NCBI RefSeq assembly: GCF_009914755.1
Contig: NC_060931.1
Length of the DNA stretch: 64,000 nt
Source of the DNA: the human T2T-CHM13v2.0 reference genome, Homo sapiens
Direction: 5' to 3' (one strand)
Part shown: positions 31,900-47,429 of the stretch, in pieces
Layout of the letters: each line of letters opens with the position of its first letter
How positions within the stretch are numbered: position 1 is the stretch's first letter
Position numbers and translations under genes: made by a program
The notes under the pieces: model-generated
Told to the model about the DNA's origin: nothing
Databases searched by the model: none
The model's input: only the letters and a program-made list of their open reading frames with translations

Positions 31900-32930
31900 A
31901 ATTGTCTTCATAAAATAAAAAGCTATGAGACATGCAAAGTAGCAGGAAAATATGACCCATTATCAAGAGAAAAAAAACAGTCAATGGAGTTAAATTCCAA
32001 GATAATGTAGGTGTTGGCATTAGAAAACAGACTTTAAAATAACTACAATAATTAGATTTTAAAACGTATAGAAAAATATTAGTGAGATGAAGAGGCAGGA
32101 AATTTCAACAGAAAAATGGAGGCTCTATGGAATAAATGGAAATTCTAAGAAGGAACGAAGGAAGAAAGGGAAAGAGAGGAAGGGAGGGAAGGAGGGAAGA
32201 AAGGAAGGCAAGAAGGGAAGAAGAGAGGGAGGGAGGGAGGGATGGAAATTTACCAGATAGTGATAATAGCAGACTGCATGCATCAGAATAAAGCACCGCC
32301 AACTCCTATACATGGCAAGAGAAAATACCCAAAGGGAGGAATAGAGAGAAAAAAAAAAATGGGAGAAAAAGGAACAGTGTCAAAAATCTGTGAGATAGTA
32401 TTTTTTAAAAGTTGAACATACATGTAATTAGAATCCCCAAAGAAGAAGAGAGGAAGAATGGGGAAAATAAAGTATTTAAAAAGAAGATCTTGGCTAGAAA
32501 TTTTCCAAAACTGATTAAAAATAAAAACCAACCCAGAAAACAAAAGTGTTCAATGAACAAAGCACGTCTAGGTTTACCACCATCAAACCAATAAAAACCA
32601 AATATATAATGAAAATCTCTGAACAACAGAGAAAAGACACATTACATTCAGAGGAACAATAAGAATTATAGCTGACTTCTTATAAACCGGTGGAAGCCAG
32701 AAGATAATGGAATAGCATCTTTAAAGTGCTGAAAGGGAAAGCTATCAACCTATAATTCTTATTAAGCAAACATATACTTCAAAAAATGAAGGCAAGATAA
32801 CATTTTTAGACAGACAAAAACTAAGGGACTTATTGGCAGATCTTTATCACAATGCTAAATAAAATTCTTAAAACTAAAGAGAAATTATGTCAGATGGAAA
32901 TCCAGATCTGCAGGAAGAAATTAAGAACAC
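31900..32930 (+). mobile_element. Old L1 ORF1-region fragment
   Basis: ORF1-like remnants (ggaagccagaagataatggaatagcatctttaaagtgctgaa). Confidence 0.7.
32148..32242. repeat. Polypurine (GGAA/GGGA)n low-complexity tract
   Basis: ~95 bp almost entirely purine on the + strand. Confidence 0.9.
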
Positions 32931-33911
32931 CATTGAGATGCAAACTGAAATGCCCAGTTGTGAAGGATGACTAGGCGTTAATTAGGCACACGTCAAGATG
33001 AGGGGCGCAGAGGCATATACAAAGCATAGGAAACAGCATGTGCAAAGGCCCTGAGGAAGGAAAAGGAATAGTCCTTTCTGGAAACAGAAGAAAGAAGGGC
33101 CAATAGGGCTGAAGCAAAGCAATCAAAAATAGCCTGAAGAGTGACGTGAGACAAAATCAGAAATCCAGCTGGGCAAGGTCATAACAGATGTTGTAGGCTA
33201 CTTTTCTATTGTAGATTGCTTTTCAAATTTACATCAGCAGATATGCTGCTAAGATTAACATGCTCTGTTTTTATTGAACTTTTGAAGTTACTGTAGGTTT
33301 AATAAGTTCACAAATCCATAGACACACCAGTGAATAGCCTTCATAAAATTATACATCTTGTACTTACACTGTTTCCCAAATTCATGTAAAACATAATTTA
33401 AATCATGTCACTCTACTAGTCATCATCCTCTAGTGGCATTCCATCCACTCCAAATAGACCCTATAATGACCTACAGAAATCTGCTCCCACTCTATCCTAC
33501 CTCCAATTATTAACTGTCTGACCTTATCCGCTATCACTTTCTGCTCATCCTTGCTACTGCCCAGTATTCTCCTGCTTTAAGGTAGAAGATTATCCCACTT
33601 CATTCACATGATTGTTCACAAGGATAGGAGTCTTTGTTTTACTTGCACATCTCAAGCATCAAAAAGTACCTGGGAAGAAGGGACTTTCTTTCTTACCAAC
33701 CTTACCAAAACCTTACCAACACTGGAAAGAAGGGAAGAAAGAATGAAAGAAAAACGAAGTAAGAGGTCCACAAATTGGCAAGAAAAGGTCTCTGCACCTT
33801 TCATTTGTAAAAGATAAATTATAGTGATGTCTTCTTTGAAATGCTACTCCCCTAAGAATTTCGTATTTGGAGAGACTAATGGGGAATCAGGAAACTTGTA
33901 ATCCTCTCTCT

Positions 33912-35142
33912 GCAAAAAGATCCACAATATTGATCTGGGCAATGATTTCTTGGATAAGACTGCAAAAGCACAGACAAGGAAAGCAAAAATAGCCAAATAG
34001 GATTGCGTCAAACTAAAATGCTTCTGCACAACAAAGGAAATAATTAACAGAGTGTACAGTCAACCCGAGGATTGGGAGAAAATATCTGCAAACCACACCT
34101 CTGATAAGGGGCCAATATTCAAAATATATAAGGTACTCAAATAACTCAATAGCAACAAAACAACTCAATTTTTAAAATGGGCAAAGAATCTGAAGTCACT
34201 TCTCAAAAGGAAAGATACAAATGGCCAACAGATATATGAAAAAAAAAAATGCTCAGCTTCTCAAACCATAGGGGAAATTCAAATTAAAACCACAGTGAGA
34301 AACCTACACCTGTTAGAAAGGCTATTATCAAAAAAGACAAATGATAAGTGTTGGAGAGGATGTGGAGAAGAGGGAACTCTTGCACACTGTTGGTAGGAAT
34401 GTAAATTTATACAGTCATTTTAGAAAACTATGTAAGTTTCCTCAAAAACACTAAAAATAGAATAGCAATCCCACTTCAGAGTATATATACAAAGGAACTG
34501 AAATCAGTACATCAGAGATATCTGCACTCCCATGTTCATTTCAGCATTATTCACAATAGCCAAGACACGGAAGCAACCCTAAGTGTCCATAAAGAGATTA
34601 ATAAGGAAAATTTGCTATACATACACAACGGAATATGACACAGCCTTAAAAAAAGAAGGAAATTATGTCATTTGAGACACTATGAATGGAACTGACAGAG
34701 ATACTATGCTAAGTGAAATAAACCAAGCACAGGAAGGCAAATACTGTATGATCTCAATTATATGTGGAATCTAAGAGTCAATCTCACAGAAACAGAGAAC
34801 AGAAAGGTAGTTACCAGAGGCTCAGGGGAGAGATGGGTAATGTGCAGATGTTGATCCACAGATATAAAGTTTCAGTTGGGCAGGAGGAATAAGTTTTAAT
34901 GATCTATTGTTCCACTTGGTGACTACAGTTAATGTATTGCATATTTCGAAATTGCTAAGAGATTTTTAGCATTCTCACCACAAAAAATGCTAAGTTGGTG
35001 AGGGAATAGATATGTTAACTTGCTTGATTGACTCTTTCTACAATGTATACATAAATCAAAACATCACACTGTACCCCACTAATATCTACAATTATTATTT
35101 GTAAGTTAAAACAAATAATTTTTTAAAAATACAAATAAATAA
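33912..35142 (+). mobile_element. L1MA-like 3' end
   Basis: ORF2 C-terminus and L1MA-type 3'UTR (ggaggaataagttt...aaacatcacactgtacccc). Confidence 0.85.
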
Positions 35143-35439
35143 AATCATCTCCCTGCTGGGTAACCTTGAGCCAATCACTTAATGTTTAAGTGCTTCCATT
35201 TTTATGATATTGGAATGTTCACTACATACCTACCATATAAGAATAAGAATTAATGAGATTGTTTTCAAAGTGCTCTAAGAATTCTTTTCCAAATCTTATA
35301 TAAATGGCATAACTATTTCAATAATTAGGAACATGTATGTTTATAGTTTAGTCTCAGTTCAGTGGAAAAATATTTAAGAAATATGGGTCAGAAATATGTT
35401 GTAGGTCATAAAAATGGTTTAATTAGATATGAACCTCAA

Positions 35440-35543
35440 GGCAATCCTTTCATTCACTTTAAATTACTTTTGGAGGCAATCCGTTAATTTACTTTGAAGT
35501 ACTTTCGGGGGCAATCCTTTCATTTACTTTGAATTACTTTTTT
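35440..35543. repeat. 3 x 35-bp minisatellite (ggcaatcctttcatttactttgaattacttt...)
   Basis: Units start at 35440, 35475 and 35510. Confidence 0.9.
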
Positions 35544-37544
35544 AAAATGTATTTATTTTTAAAAAACACAAAGTAAGGAATTTCCTCTTCATATGTGTAC
35601 ATCTTTATATATGTGAACATCTTTTACATAAAACAGCATCAATCATGCTTCATAATAATTTTTTTAATCTTATCATGAAAAAGCTAAACAATCCTATTTC
35701 ACAAAAAAAGAATTTCTAACAATCAAAAAATTGGAGAAAAATACAGTATTCAGGTTTTTCTTAATACACATTCATGTGCTTTTCTATCAGCATGCCAAAA
35801 CCCTGCACCATCAACACATGTTGTGTGCATCTTGTAAAAGAAAACATTTTAAAGGCAAAACAAAATTGCTAGCTTTCATCTTTGCAAAAATTCTCAATTG
35901 TGACTGAATGAAATTTACTAAAGAAGCTTGATCAATGAAAACATCTGCATAGTTTTTATTATAGAATGTATAACCTCAACATTACTGATCATTATTATAA
36001 ACCCTTTTACTGCATTTCACAAGTTTCGGATTTGAAGGTTTTAAATGTGTTTTAAATAATTTATTTAATAATCTATTAAGCTATTCATGCTACACATTTT
36101 ATAAATAATTTGTTCAGGCAAAAATTTTCCCTTATAAAACCATATGAGGAAAAAGAAAATTTTAAAAAAGTAAACCTATGCTATCTTCACATGTAGTGCA
36201 CAGCAAACTACATAATGGAAATAGAACTTAAATGCAAGTAACAATTGAGAACTATTCTTTGCAACATAAACCAATCACTCATGTGATCAAAGTAACTCTC
36301 CTAAGAAAGTAAGGTACCGGTTAGTAACCCAGTGGCATTTCCAGTGAGCAATGCTCTACAAAAGCTCACTAAATACATAAATAGGTACTACCAGAGTAAA
36401 TATTTCTGTCCATAGAAAAAGTATATACTTAAAAATCAGAAAAAAATAGGGTCTGAAGATCTCATTACCTAAAACGAAAATATGTTGAGTTCTCACCAAT
36501 ATTTTACCCAAAACTGCAGTTTATGCTCTCAATTTTAATGCCATTACCTGTATTTTCACAAGTAATTTTACATGTAAGTAAAATTATCTACTTGACTATT
36601 TCAGTAAAACTGAAATTCTAATTCTAATGATATTCGGTTTACCTTTTCCTAAAAAAGTGATGTCTAAGCATGCTTTTCAGCTACACCAAGTAGCTGAAAA
36701 GTATCAAAAAGACAATTCATCAGCCTGAAAAGCCAGTTGAATAGTCTGAATTCCATTGTTAAAATTTAAGAAAACTTTGTAAGGAATGATGTTCATGCCA
36801 CATGAGTATCAAAATTATAAGAAAACGTAAGACGAAGAATTAAAAACCATAGTATACACTGAGGGTAGCACGATAGACCTTTGCACTTTACAAACAGTGG
36901 TCTTCCTGGTGGTCTAGGTTCCAAAATTTTGAATAACCTCTTTCCTCTGACACCTTATTGTTAACACACAATGCTTCTTTCTTCCATTATTAAATGGTTA
37001 TTTCCCTGTTTCTTAGGTCATTCCCTCAGAATCTGTGGCTCAAAGTGCTTCATGGTCCACACTATCACAATGTGCAGGATCCACAGTCAGGAAAAACCAA
37101 ATCTTTTTTTTTTTTTTAAACACATACTATACCAATTAACTGATGTCATGTTGCAACCACTTGTCAATTACTCTAGCTTTACATTTCTGTGATTCTAAAT
37201 ACTAAGAACATATTAGCTAAGTATCCATTAGTAACTCGCTGACTAAAAAGAAGTCCAGCATTGACTCTGCATTATGTTTGGAGATGATTACTGTTATAGC
37301 ACATGTTAAAACATGTGCATATTCAAATACAGCAGGCACTGAGTGTATAAAATGCATGGAAGGACAAAGTCACTTCACACAAAGCAAGCTGACCTTTATT
37401 CTTTTCTCCCTCATACAAAATTTATCATGAAAGAAATCTAGACAGATGTATTAGAAATTCATTTACAACTATGATTAATCTAGAAACGTTGACATTCTGA
37501 ATTTATAGTAGAATTTAAACTAAGTTAATTAGTCAATAACAGTA

Positions 37545-37775
37545 ATAACACAAGCTAACAATTACATAGCAGCTACCATGTGCCAAACACTGCTCTAGGC
37601 ATTTACACATATGAATTCACTTAGTCTCTGCAATAATCCTATGAGGTGGGTAACATCATTATGCCCATTTACAAAGAGGAAACTAAGGCAAAGAGAGATT
37701 AAATGACTTGCTCAGGTCACAGAGCCACATAGCAGTCAGGATTTGAACCCAGGCAACCTGGATCCAGAGTCTATA
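37545..37775 (-). mobile_element. MIR
   Basis: cccattttacaaagaggaaactaaggc...tgacttgctcaggtcacag...atttgaacccaggc. Confidence 0.85.
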
Positions 37776-37971
37776 TTTTTTACAATACTGTTGTCTTTAG
37801 AAAGCCCTTGAACACTAAAATATTTTGCAAAAAGTACTTAAAAGAGTATCAAATGTTAATACATTAAAATAAGAATATGCTGTGTAGTTTCTGCAACAAA
37901 AAGTTATCCCTACAAAAGAAAGTTGTATCAATTACCACCTACTTCCATTATAACTAAATTGTTAGCTTTCA

Positions 37972-38329
<358 letters not shown>

Positions 38330-38556
38330 CAGAATTGATACAGTTGATACAGACCCATTATTTCATCAAATTACTAAGCCTTATATCACATAAGAAGTAC
38401 AATGGTCATGAAAAGTTAACTCAAATGAATGCTAGTGTTTAAATTTTGAATCAAAATAATAAGATCAAACATTTAAAGAATGCCATTATAGATTAAATTT
38501 AAAGAAGAAAACTGCATTTCCAGAAGTAATTCTGAGAATAGTTTTTGATTACCTAC

Positions 38557-38614
38557 CTCTCCATGATTGAAAAAGAAGCACAACACTGTAACCAGGCCTC
38601 CTAATCGGCTGCCA
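38557..38614 (-). CDS. DPY19L1: DPY19L1 coding exon (probably exon 7), 58 nt: (S)GSRLGGLVTVLCFFFNHGE
   Basis: ttttccag| acceptor, GAG|gtaggt donor; phase 2 in, phase 0 out. Confidence 0.95.
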
Positions 38615-41025
38615 CTGGAAAAGAAGAAAACATAACTCAAATAACAAAAATTCAGGTCAATCCTAAGAAAAACCTTAAAACACATAATATCATAACCACT
38701 GGTATTATATAAGATTTTATAGTCATACTAGAACTCTCCTATGCTTATTTACAAAATAGTTTATTTCCTCCAAAAGATCATTAGTCAAAATAATCTTTTC
38801 TCATTTTTTAAAAATCATTTGCTACCTTCAAAATGTATAGACTCAGAAAAGCACGCAAACTGAAAGGGAATAGAAAATTCTTAGTAGTCATATTACTGTA
38901 CATCACGCAACCTGATATTTCTTTTTATTTTCTTTAGTACCTCATATTTATTTACGTCCTTCAACATTTCTCAAACTGCTTTCCTTGGGACAGATGACAT
39001 ACATTAGGAAAAAGGGAGAGAAAGACGTGCAAGGAAAGGGATCCATGGTCATAAGGATGGAAAACCCCACACTGCCTACCTGCTCCTAGAAATTCACAAG
39101 GCACTTCCACACATTAAAGATTTAATTTTATATTTCCCAAATCCCATCCCCAAGCTACTTTTCTGCAGAATACACTTGAGGAATACCAATTTATAAAGTT
39201 TTATGTTTCATTTGATTTCAAAAACTGGAATAGAACACAAATATCAAAGTATGACAATCAGGCTTATAACTCTAGGTAAGAAATTACAATGGTATAATCT
39301 GGTAGTTCTAACAATTAACCTTCATTTGCTCAGATGAGAGTGAAATATGTTCCCTATTGTCCCCCAAGTCTGGGTAGGGGACATAAGGCTATCTTTAGGT
39401 TTATTTCATCATGTTCTGCATTTTTACTCTTGAGGTCTTCTCACTCATTTTAGCTCATGCTGCTTTCTCATTATTCTACCCAAATATCCTTCCTTCTTTT
39501 TCTCTATCTACCTTCCTTTTATTTCTCTATCTATAAGTATACCACAGAGAGGTCAGAGAGGAAACAAAGAACCAGATGGTATAGGCATCAAAGGCCTTGT
39601 ATTTACTCTTGTGATGTATCAATGAGGAAAAGAGGAAGAGATGCAATGGCCAGCAGGGATAATCCATGTAGGGAGTATCCAGAAGGAGACAGGTAGGGCT
39701 GGGACCCCAGCACAGGTGGCCTGTTTGCCTTGGCAAAAGAGGAGGAAGACTGCATATTAGTGGTAAGTACTTTGTGGAGCTTCCATGTTCCCCACAGAGC
39801 AGAAGACACAGCCACTCGCTGCCAGAGTGAAACGATGGCAGCATTAAACGTTTGAGGAAAGACAGAAATGTCTGAAATACCACTCACATTTCAGGAGAGT
39901 GGTAACTGGGGAAAACACAGTGCTGCTGGGATATCTTAGGGGAACAACTGAGGCTGCAGAACACAAATCTACAGGGTCAGTAATCATAAGACTGTGTGAT
40001 TTTTGCCTACCGATTATCAGCCTAGACAGCACAAATGAAATATAAAGGGGCAAAGAAACTGAAGCCAGAAAGTGTCTGAAGTGATGGATCACTGAAATGA
40101 GAGCATCAGACAGAGGAGCTTAGAAAGCAGTACAGGCCAGGAAGTGGACGCCAGGGTTCTCTCCTGAAAGGTGTACCACATCTTCTTCAGAAGAGAAGCA
40201 CACAGGCTAGGCCCAGGCTTCATCACAAGTGATTAGACATTAGAAAGGTTAAGATAGAGTTAACGGTTTAAAAAACAAATAAATACATTTTAGTGTTTTG
40301 AACTTACTCTAACAAGACAAAAAATATAGAAGTTTATAGGGGAAAAAAAGTGATTTTCTCACTACCCTCTCCCAATCCTATTCACCTAAGAACATTTTAG
40401 TATGTGTCTGTTCTTCCAAATCTCTCTCTCTAACCACACAAACATATATTTTCTATGTGATCAATATAACATCTCTCTGAAATTTGTTCCTTTTCTAATT
40501 ATTCTAGCATAAAGATTATTCCTAATCAATGTATGTAAACTTAAAGGGATTATTTTTATAGATGGCAAATACTGTATAGTACAAATATATTTATTTAGTC
40601 CATTCCATATTACCGGGCATATAAATATTTTTCAGTTTCTTGCTATAATAAAAAATGGTTAAACATCCTCGTACATGTAAATGCTGGCACGTTTGTTTCG
40701 GCAGGAGGGACCTAACTGTGAGACACGTGAGTCAAAGGATGTGAGCTGTGCCCGGAAGCACTGCAGCAGTCCACACTCTTGTCACAGAGTATGCAGGAGG
40801 TCGTTTCTCCACCCCTCGTGCAGACTCATGTGCTTTTCAAATTTTCTCCTTAGATAGGTGAAAACCCTTTTCTCACTGCCTACTTGTATGCAGTAGCATT
40901 TTAGTGTTTTGTTTTGACAACATGCATTTTCTCTTCCGTGAACTGCTTATTCATATTCTTGTCTATTTTTCTATTTGACTGTTCCCTACTTAAAAATTAA
41001 GGTTATCAAACCTCTGACTGTCAAA

Positions 41026-41752
41026 TGTGAAAATAACATTTAAAAGCTGTCCAAAAAAACAACCCCTTTAAGCCTTGAGAGAGATGTGACTGTGATCTGA
41101 GTCACATATGGTTACAACTTCCGTTCTCAGATTATAGATTAACTTGCTTTCTTATTTTTCCTGTTCAGTACAATGACTAGAGAATTAAACAATGTCAGGC
41201 ACAAAACCTTCCTGCCTTTTTTTTTTTTTTTTTTCCAGAGACTGGGTCTCACTCTGTCACCCAAGCTAGGGTAGAGTGGCACAATCATGGCTCACTGCAG
41301 CCTCGAACTCATGGGATCCAGCAATCCTCCTGCCTCAGCCTCCAGAGTAGCTGAAACTACAGGTGTGACCCTGCCTTCGTAGTTAATAACCCCTGTTAAA
41401 GATTAATTTTCCCTGTGTTGTTTTACTTTGCTTAGATCAGACTATAGAAAACCCATCATTATTATACTCTCTGTAAAAAAAAAAAATGTTTTTAACTGTA
41501 CCCTTCCCCAAAAGAAATAACACCTATAACCAATCAAACTGCTGTGACTATGTGCCAACCTGTATGAATAATGTTGTATTCCTGCTAAAAATGTCTCTGC
41601 CTCTGCCTATATAAATGAAACCTAAACTTCCTTACTTCCAAAGTCTGACTTCATTCCTTTGGAGTTCGTGTTCCTGAGTGGTCTACCCTCACACTTTGTG
41701 CTTGAATAAACGCTATTTAGATTCTGATCCTTTTGATTATTTTAAGTTAACA
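41026..41752 (+). mobile_element. ERV1-class solo LTR (LTR54/MER72-like) containing a truncated Alu
   Basis: TG...CA termini, near 4-bp TSD caaa/cata, CCAAT ~41530, TATATAAA ~41608, AATAAA 41705-41710. Subfamily uncertain. Confidence 0.75.
41217..41369 (-). mobile_element. 5'-truncated AluJ right arm
   Basis: Poly(T) plus right arm in reverse; TSD cctgcctt. Confidence 0.85.
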
Positions 41753-42450
41753 CATATGTGTGACAAAGTATTCTGATCTAATTTGCGGCGTATTCTATCA
41801 GAAAGAATTTTTAAACTTTTATGTATTTAAATATGTTGATATTTTCCTTTATTTCTTCTGCACTTCCTGTCTTGTCTCTGAAGGTCTTCCACACCTTAAA
41901 ACTATAGTCTCCTAAAATTTCTTCTAATATTATAAATTGCATTTTCCACTTAGCTCTTTCTCCCTAATTTTGTTCTCTTTGAAATAGCCAATTATATTAA
42001 AATCATTTATCAAGTAAACATCCCTTTTACCAGCGAAATGAAATTCAGCCTTTATCTTAATTTCTTACAATGCTAGACTCTGTTCTATTTCATTCAACTG
42101 ACTTAATTCTGTATTTTTTTTTTTGTTATCACACTATTTTTATTACTGTAGCATTATGGTAATTTTAACACATGATTTTAAAAAGCTACCCACCCCCAAC
42201 TACTCTTATTTTTAAGATTTTTTAGGTAATTCTTACCAACTTATTCTTACATATAACATCTGAACCAGTCTCCCAACCCTGCCCCCCCACCCAAGAAAAA
42301 ATTGTCAGACTTCTGATCAGAATGACATTAAATTTATATATAATTTGGGTTGGGAAGGGCTGTCATTTATATGATGGTCATTCAGTTGCACAGTATATCT
42401 CTTTCCATTTACTCAATTCTAACTGTATTCCTTTAAATAAAAATGTTTGG

Positions 42451-42746
42451 GGTCAGGCACAGTGGCTCATGCCTGTAATCTCAGCACTTTGGAAGGCCAA
42501 GGCAAGTGGATCACTTGAGGCCAGGAGTTCGACACCAGCCTGCCCAACATGATGAAACACTATCTCTACGAAAATACAAAAAAAAAAAAAATTAGCCGTG
42601 TGGTGGCGCACAACTGTAGTCCCAGCTACTCAGGAGGCTGAGAGTCAAGATTCGTTTGAACCGGGAAGGTGGAGGCTACAATAAGCTGAGATTGCGCCGT
42701 GGCACTCCAGCCTGGGTGACAGTGAAACTGTCTCAAAAAATAAAAA
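42451..42746 (+). mobile_element. AluS/J
   Basis: Full dimer. Confidence 0.9.
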
Positions 42747-43196
42747 TTTTTTTGGACAACCAATGTAAGAGTCAAGTACTAAAAGTTAAAACTTCTAGAA
42801 ATACAAAGAGAACATGATAAAATCTGATCACAGTAGAAAATTTTAATTCTTTCATAATCTAACAGGTCAAGTAAGCTAAAGGAAACATATTAGGGATCTG
42901 AAGGAGATAATCAACAAGCTCAATGTCGTGACTATACAGAGATTACACATCATTTTCTTATGTCACTGGAACATCTAGTTGCAAAGGCACCTCATTCTCT
43001 GATTAGAATCTAAAACAACCTAAAACACGAAAGATGAGTTTTTAAAAAAAATGACACTTGGGGAATTTAATGTAAAATTTCCTTTTAAAAATTCCCTGAA
43101 CAACGAGGAATCAAAATGGAAATTTAATAACTTTAATTTTCTAAATGGCAGAGTAAAGGTAGAGAAAGAACAAAAGACTCACAAATCCAATTCCCT

Positions 43197-43527
<331 letters not shown>

Positions 43528-45079
43528 CTAAGAAGTCGCATACCCTCACTCAGTTGCCATACAACCTGGGAGGCTCTGAGGTTGGACAATTTCCTGAGGG
43601 CAGAGCCACGGTGACAACATTCCTTTTTCACCAAATTACTAAAATACAGGTTATGGTCCAACATCTTCCATGAATATGGGCCCAGCTTTACTTAACTAAC
43701 AAAAGAGGCCGATTTTTTTCTATACACTTTTGGGAACTGCAAAGCTAGAGGAGGAGAATAAAATTTATTTATCTCCAAGGAATGTTCTGAGTTAGAAACA
43801 CTGTGAAATGATGTGACTTGAAACAAATCTAAAATGGTGTTCTCCATGTCCACCCTCTCGCCCCAATCCATAGAGGCTACTAAGTCCTTTTATTTTGCTA
43901 AACAGAAAAGATGCAGCAATCAGAATACCTAAAATTTTTAAATTTTTCTCCCCACTATAGTTGATCAGTTGATATTTTAGCATTCCCTAGTGGTTAAAAA
44001 AAAAAAGTCTCTTCTGCAATATGACTGTCAGAAAATATGAAACCTCCTACTGTGCAAATTTTAAAACATTCTAAGCTTGCTAAACATTTACCACATTTAC
44101 TCATACATCTCATTCACCTAAACCTTGATTTTTCTTAGATATAAAATGAAGGGATAATAAAAAATAAAGTTAAAAAGGACCTCAAAATACTTTCCAGTTC
44201 TAAAATTTAAGAATTCTATAATTATCTTCTTTCCTACCTACTACAGTTGTATAGATTTAAATCAATTATCAAGTTTTGATAGGTTTCATTAATCATTGAG
44301 ATTTTTATCTCTATTTACAAAAATGATGAACCATCCAAAGTTAAACTTTTGAAGAGAAAAAAGCCATCAGAGTTAATTCAAAACTATATTAAATAACTCT
44401 TACGATTTTCTTATTGTATAAATGCTTAAGAAAGAGAAAATGGAGAAAAATTTGGAAATAATCAAATTAAGATAATTTCCAATCTTAAATTGGAGACTGA
44501 AGGCTTGGGCACCTTCCTAGCCCAATGAAGAAATGCCAAGCAGGCCTGGTTCAGAGCTGAGAACCTTCCCCTATACTCATGGCGGCGGTGGGGGGGGCGG
44601 TGGGGGGGATTCACTGGTTACTAAGTAAAGAGATAGGAAAGAAAGATGAGGAATGAGGATAAGAATCGGGAAGGGTGAGAAAAGTTCTCAGCTTGGTCCT
44701 TTCCAGTCTGTTTCAAGCAAGTGATTAACGCCGTTAATTTAACTCTCTATCTGCCGATTCTAACTGAAGTTATTTACTTATTAGATTGTGAACTCCTCAA
44801 TTCACCCATGGTGCCTAGCACCAAGTCTTGTCCATGAAAGAAAATGAAAGGGTATCTGAAAATAGAACTATTCAATCAAAAGACTGCTGGCATTCCTTTT
44901 TTGAAAGCTTGCAGCCAAACACACCACACCTCATGTCATTGTTGCTCTTGGTACTGGCCCAAAAACCAGGCAGGACCATGTGTTCAGGTGAGCCTCTGCT
45001 CTGACCCAAACACCACACTCCTCAACTCCTACGCAGACCTCTCCACTGTGTGCTCCAGGCCCTTCATTCCATGGTGAAC

Positions 45080-45830
45080 AACTACCTATCCAACAACTGC
45101 AGCCTCTTCCCAGATGCTTCCTCCTTCTCCTGCCTAGAAATATCACTCTCCTCTGAACAAATGCTTCCCCTGGAGCCTCCCTCCTAGTATTCCAGAGTCT
45201 GTCCACTTCCCTCCATCCCACCACCATCATACCAGCTCAGGCTCCCATCGTCTTCCCCTGGGCTGCTACAGCCTCCGACACCCCCTACCCAAAGCCTGCT
45301 CCCTCTACACTGCAGAGTGTGTTGTCTTTAACAATGAATGGACCCAATCCCACTCCATGCACACAGCCCTTCAATGGCATCCCTGCCCACAAGGTCAAAT
45401 CCAAACACCAAAACATATCCGAAATGCCTCGCAGGATCTGGCCCCTGCATACACCTCAACTCCTTTCACTATTCTTCCTCCTACCCACACTCTGCTCTCC
45501 AGCTGCACTGCCCTCATCACAGTTCCTCAAATGATAAGACCACACTGACAACAGTGTGCAGAGCAGCCTGGGAGCAAGACTGGTGGGGAGCAGAGCCACA
45601 TGAGCTGATGCAGAGTCATCCCAGGAGGATGGGCTGGCAGAGAAGTGGAAGGACGCCAGAGATACTCTGAAGCAGGACAGTAATAATAGGATTTTGTGAC
45701 TCCTTGGATTACAGAGGAAAGAGGAAAGTCATGGCTATCTCTTAGAGGTCAGGCTGGGCATTAGAGTAGACAGAAGTGTCATTTGCTGAGAGAGTGAAGA
45801 CATAAAAAGGGGAAGGTTTTGGAGAAAAGA
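45080..45830. mobile_element. L2 fragments
   Basis: cccttcaatggcatccc...aaatccaaac...atctggcccctgc on +, then reverse-orientation L2-like sequence. Confidence 0.6.
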
Positions 45831-45983
45831 TGCCAATATTGCCAACCAACAACTTTCATCAATTTATGCATACTAAATAAAAATACTTATCTTTTAAATA
45901 TTCATACACAACTGCTAGACCAAATGGGTTTGATTAAAGATATGTTAGCAGGCCAAGTTAATATTAATTCAAAAAAAAAAAAA

Positions 45984-46345
<362 letters not shown>

Positions 46346-47429
46346 TTAAGATGTGTTTTTTGGCCAAAAATCCAGCCTGTATAAGCAGCAAATGCTTGAT
46401 TTTTTTAAAATAAAGAATAAGAAAATATCATGCAAAATAATGGAAGCAAAACTGGCATAAAATTTAAGAAATTCAACTTTTCCTTAAAACAGGTAGAGGG
46501 CAGTGGAAGAGTGGAAAACTAATACAAAACACTATTCCATTCTGCTACAGAGCCTAAGAATACTTCATAGGCAACTTGGTTGGATCACGGGAAGAGAAGG
46601 TAGGAAGATTAACTGTGTTAATGATGACTATTCACTCCAGATGTAAAGGGGGACATCAAGCAAAATTAAAAAGGGCTTTGACATACAGACTAATCATCCA
46701 GGCCCTCAGGGCTTCTGGAACATATCTAGAAATAAAGCAGCTTAAAAAAATCTCTCAGATATCAGAGAAACCACTCTGAACCTCCAATGACCAAAGAAGA
46801 TAACAGAGAACAGAAAATTGGAAGATGAAGGTATTGTCCTCTGACTAGCTGGTTCCTTATGTGGAAGAAAAGGCATTTTCTGCTGACTACTTATGTCTAC
46901 AAAAGGACGTCCAGGCTCTTCTCACAAAAGCTCAGAAACAATGAAGAACTGGGTAGAGACAACGGTAAAAATTCAAAAGAGGGGGAGGAGATCAGGAACA
47001 GATCAGAGGGGCCACAGGAACTCTGGGCAGCCCCCATTAAATGTAGAGTTCGTGAAAAAGATCATTTAAGTTCTCTTCAAAAAGCGACCTCATCGCCAGA
47101 GAGGGGATGAAGTAAGGAAAAGGGAACACTGACCCTGCCTCAGAAAGTGTGTGCTCAGCCCTCATGCATAAGTGTCTGCATATGACCAGGGGTGAGGGGG
47201 AGGAGTAGTCAATGGCACTGGGTGTCACTTCTGCACTGACGTGAAGAATCAGATATGTCTCCCGGACTCTGGCCACAGGCAGAAGCAGCTGAGGCTGGTA
47301 AACGAAAAAGCAACAAGATGAAAGGAGCCTGGGTCTCCCCAAACAAAGCAGTTTACACCCTCATCATGCTGTAATAAAAGCCACTAGTCAGTTAAGACCC
47401 ATCCACTTTGCAATCTTCCAACCAGCTCC

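Noticed and set aside
35440-35543. 35-bp repeats as a CRISPR-like array
   Set aside because: Units are directly adjacent with no spacers, there are no cas genes, and the context is a eukaryotic intron.
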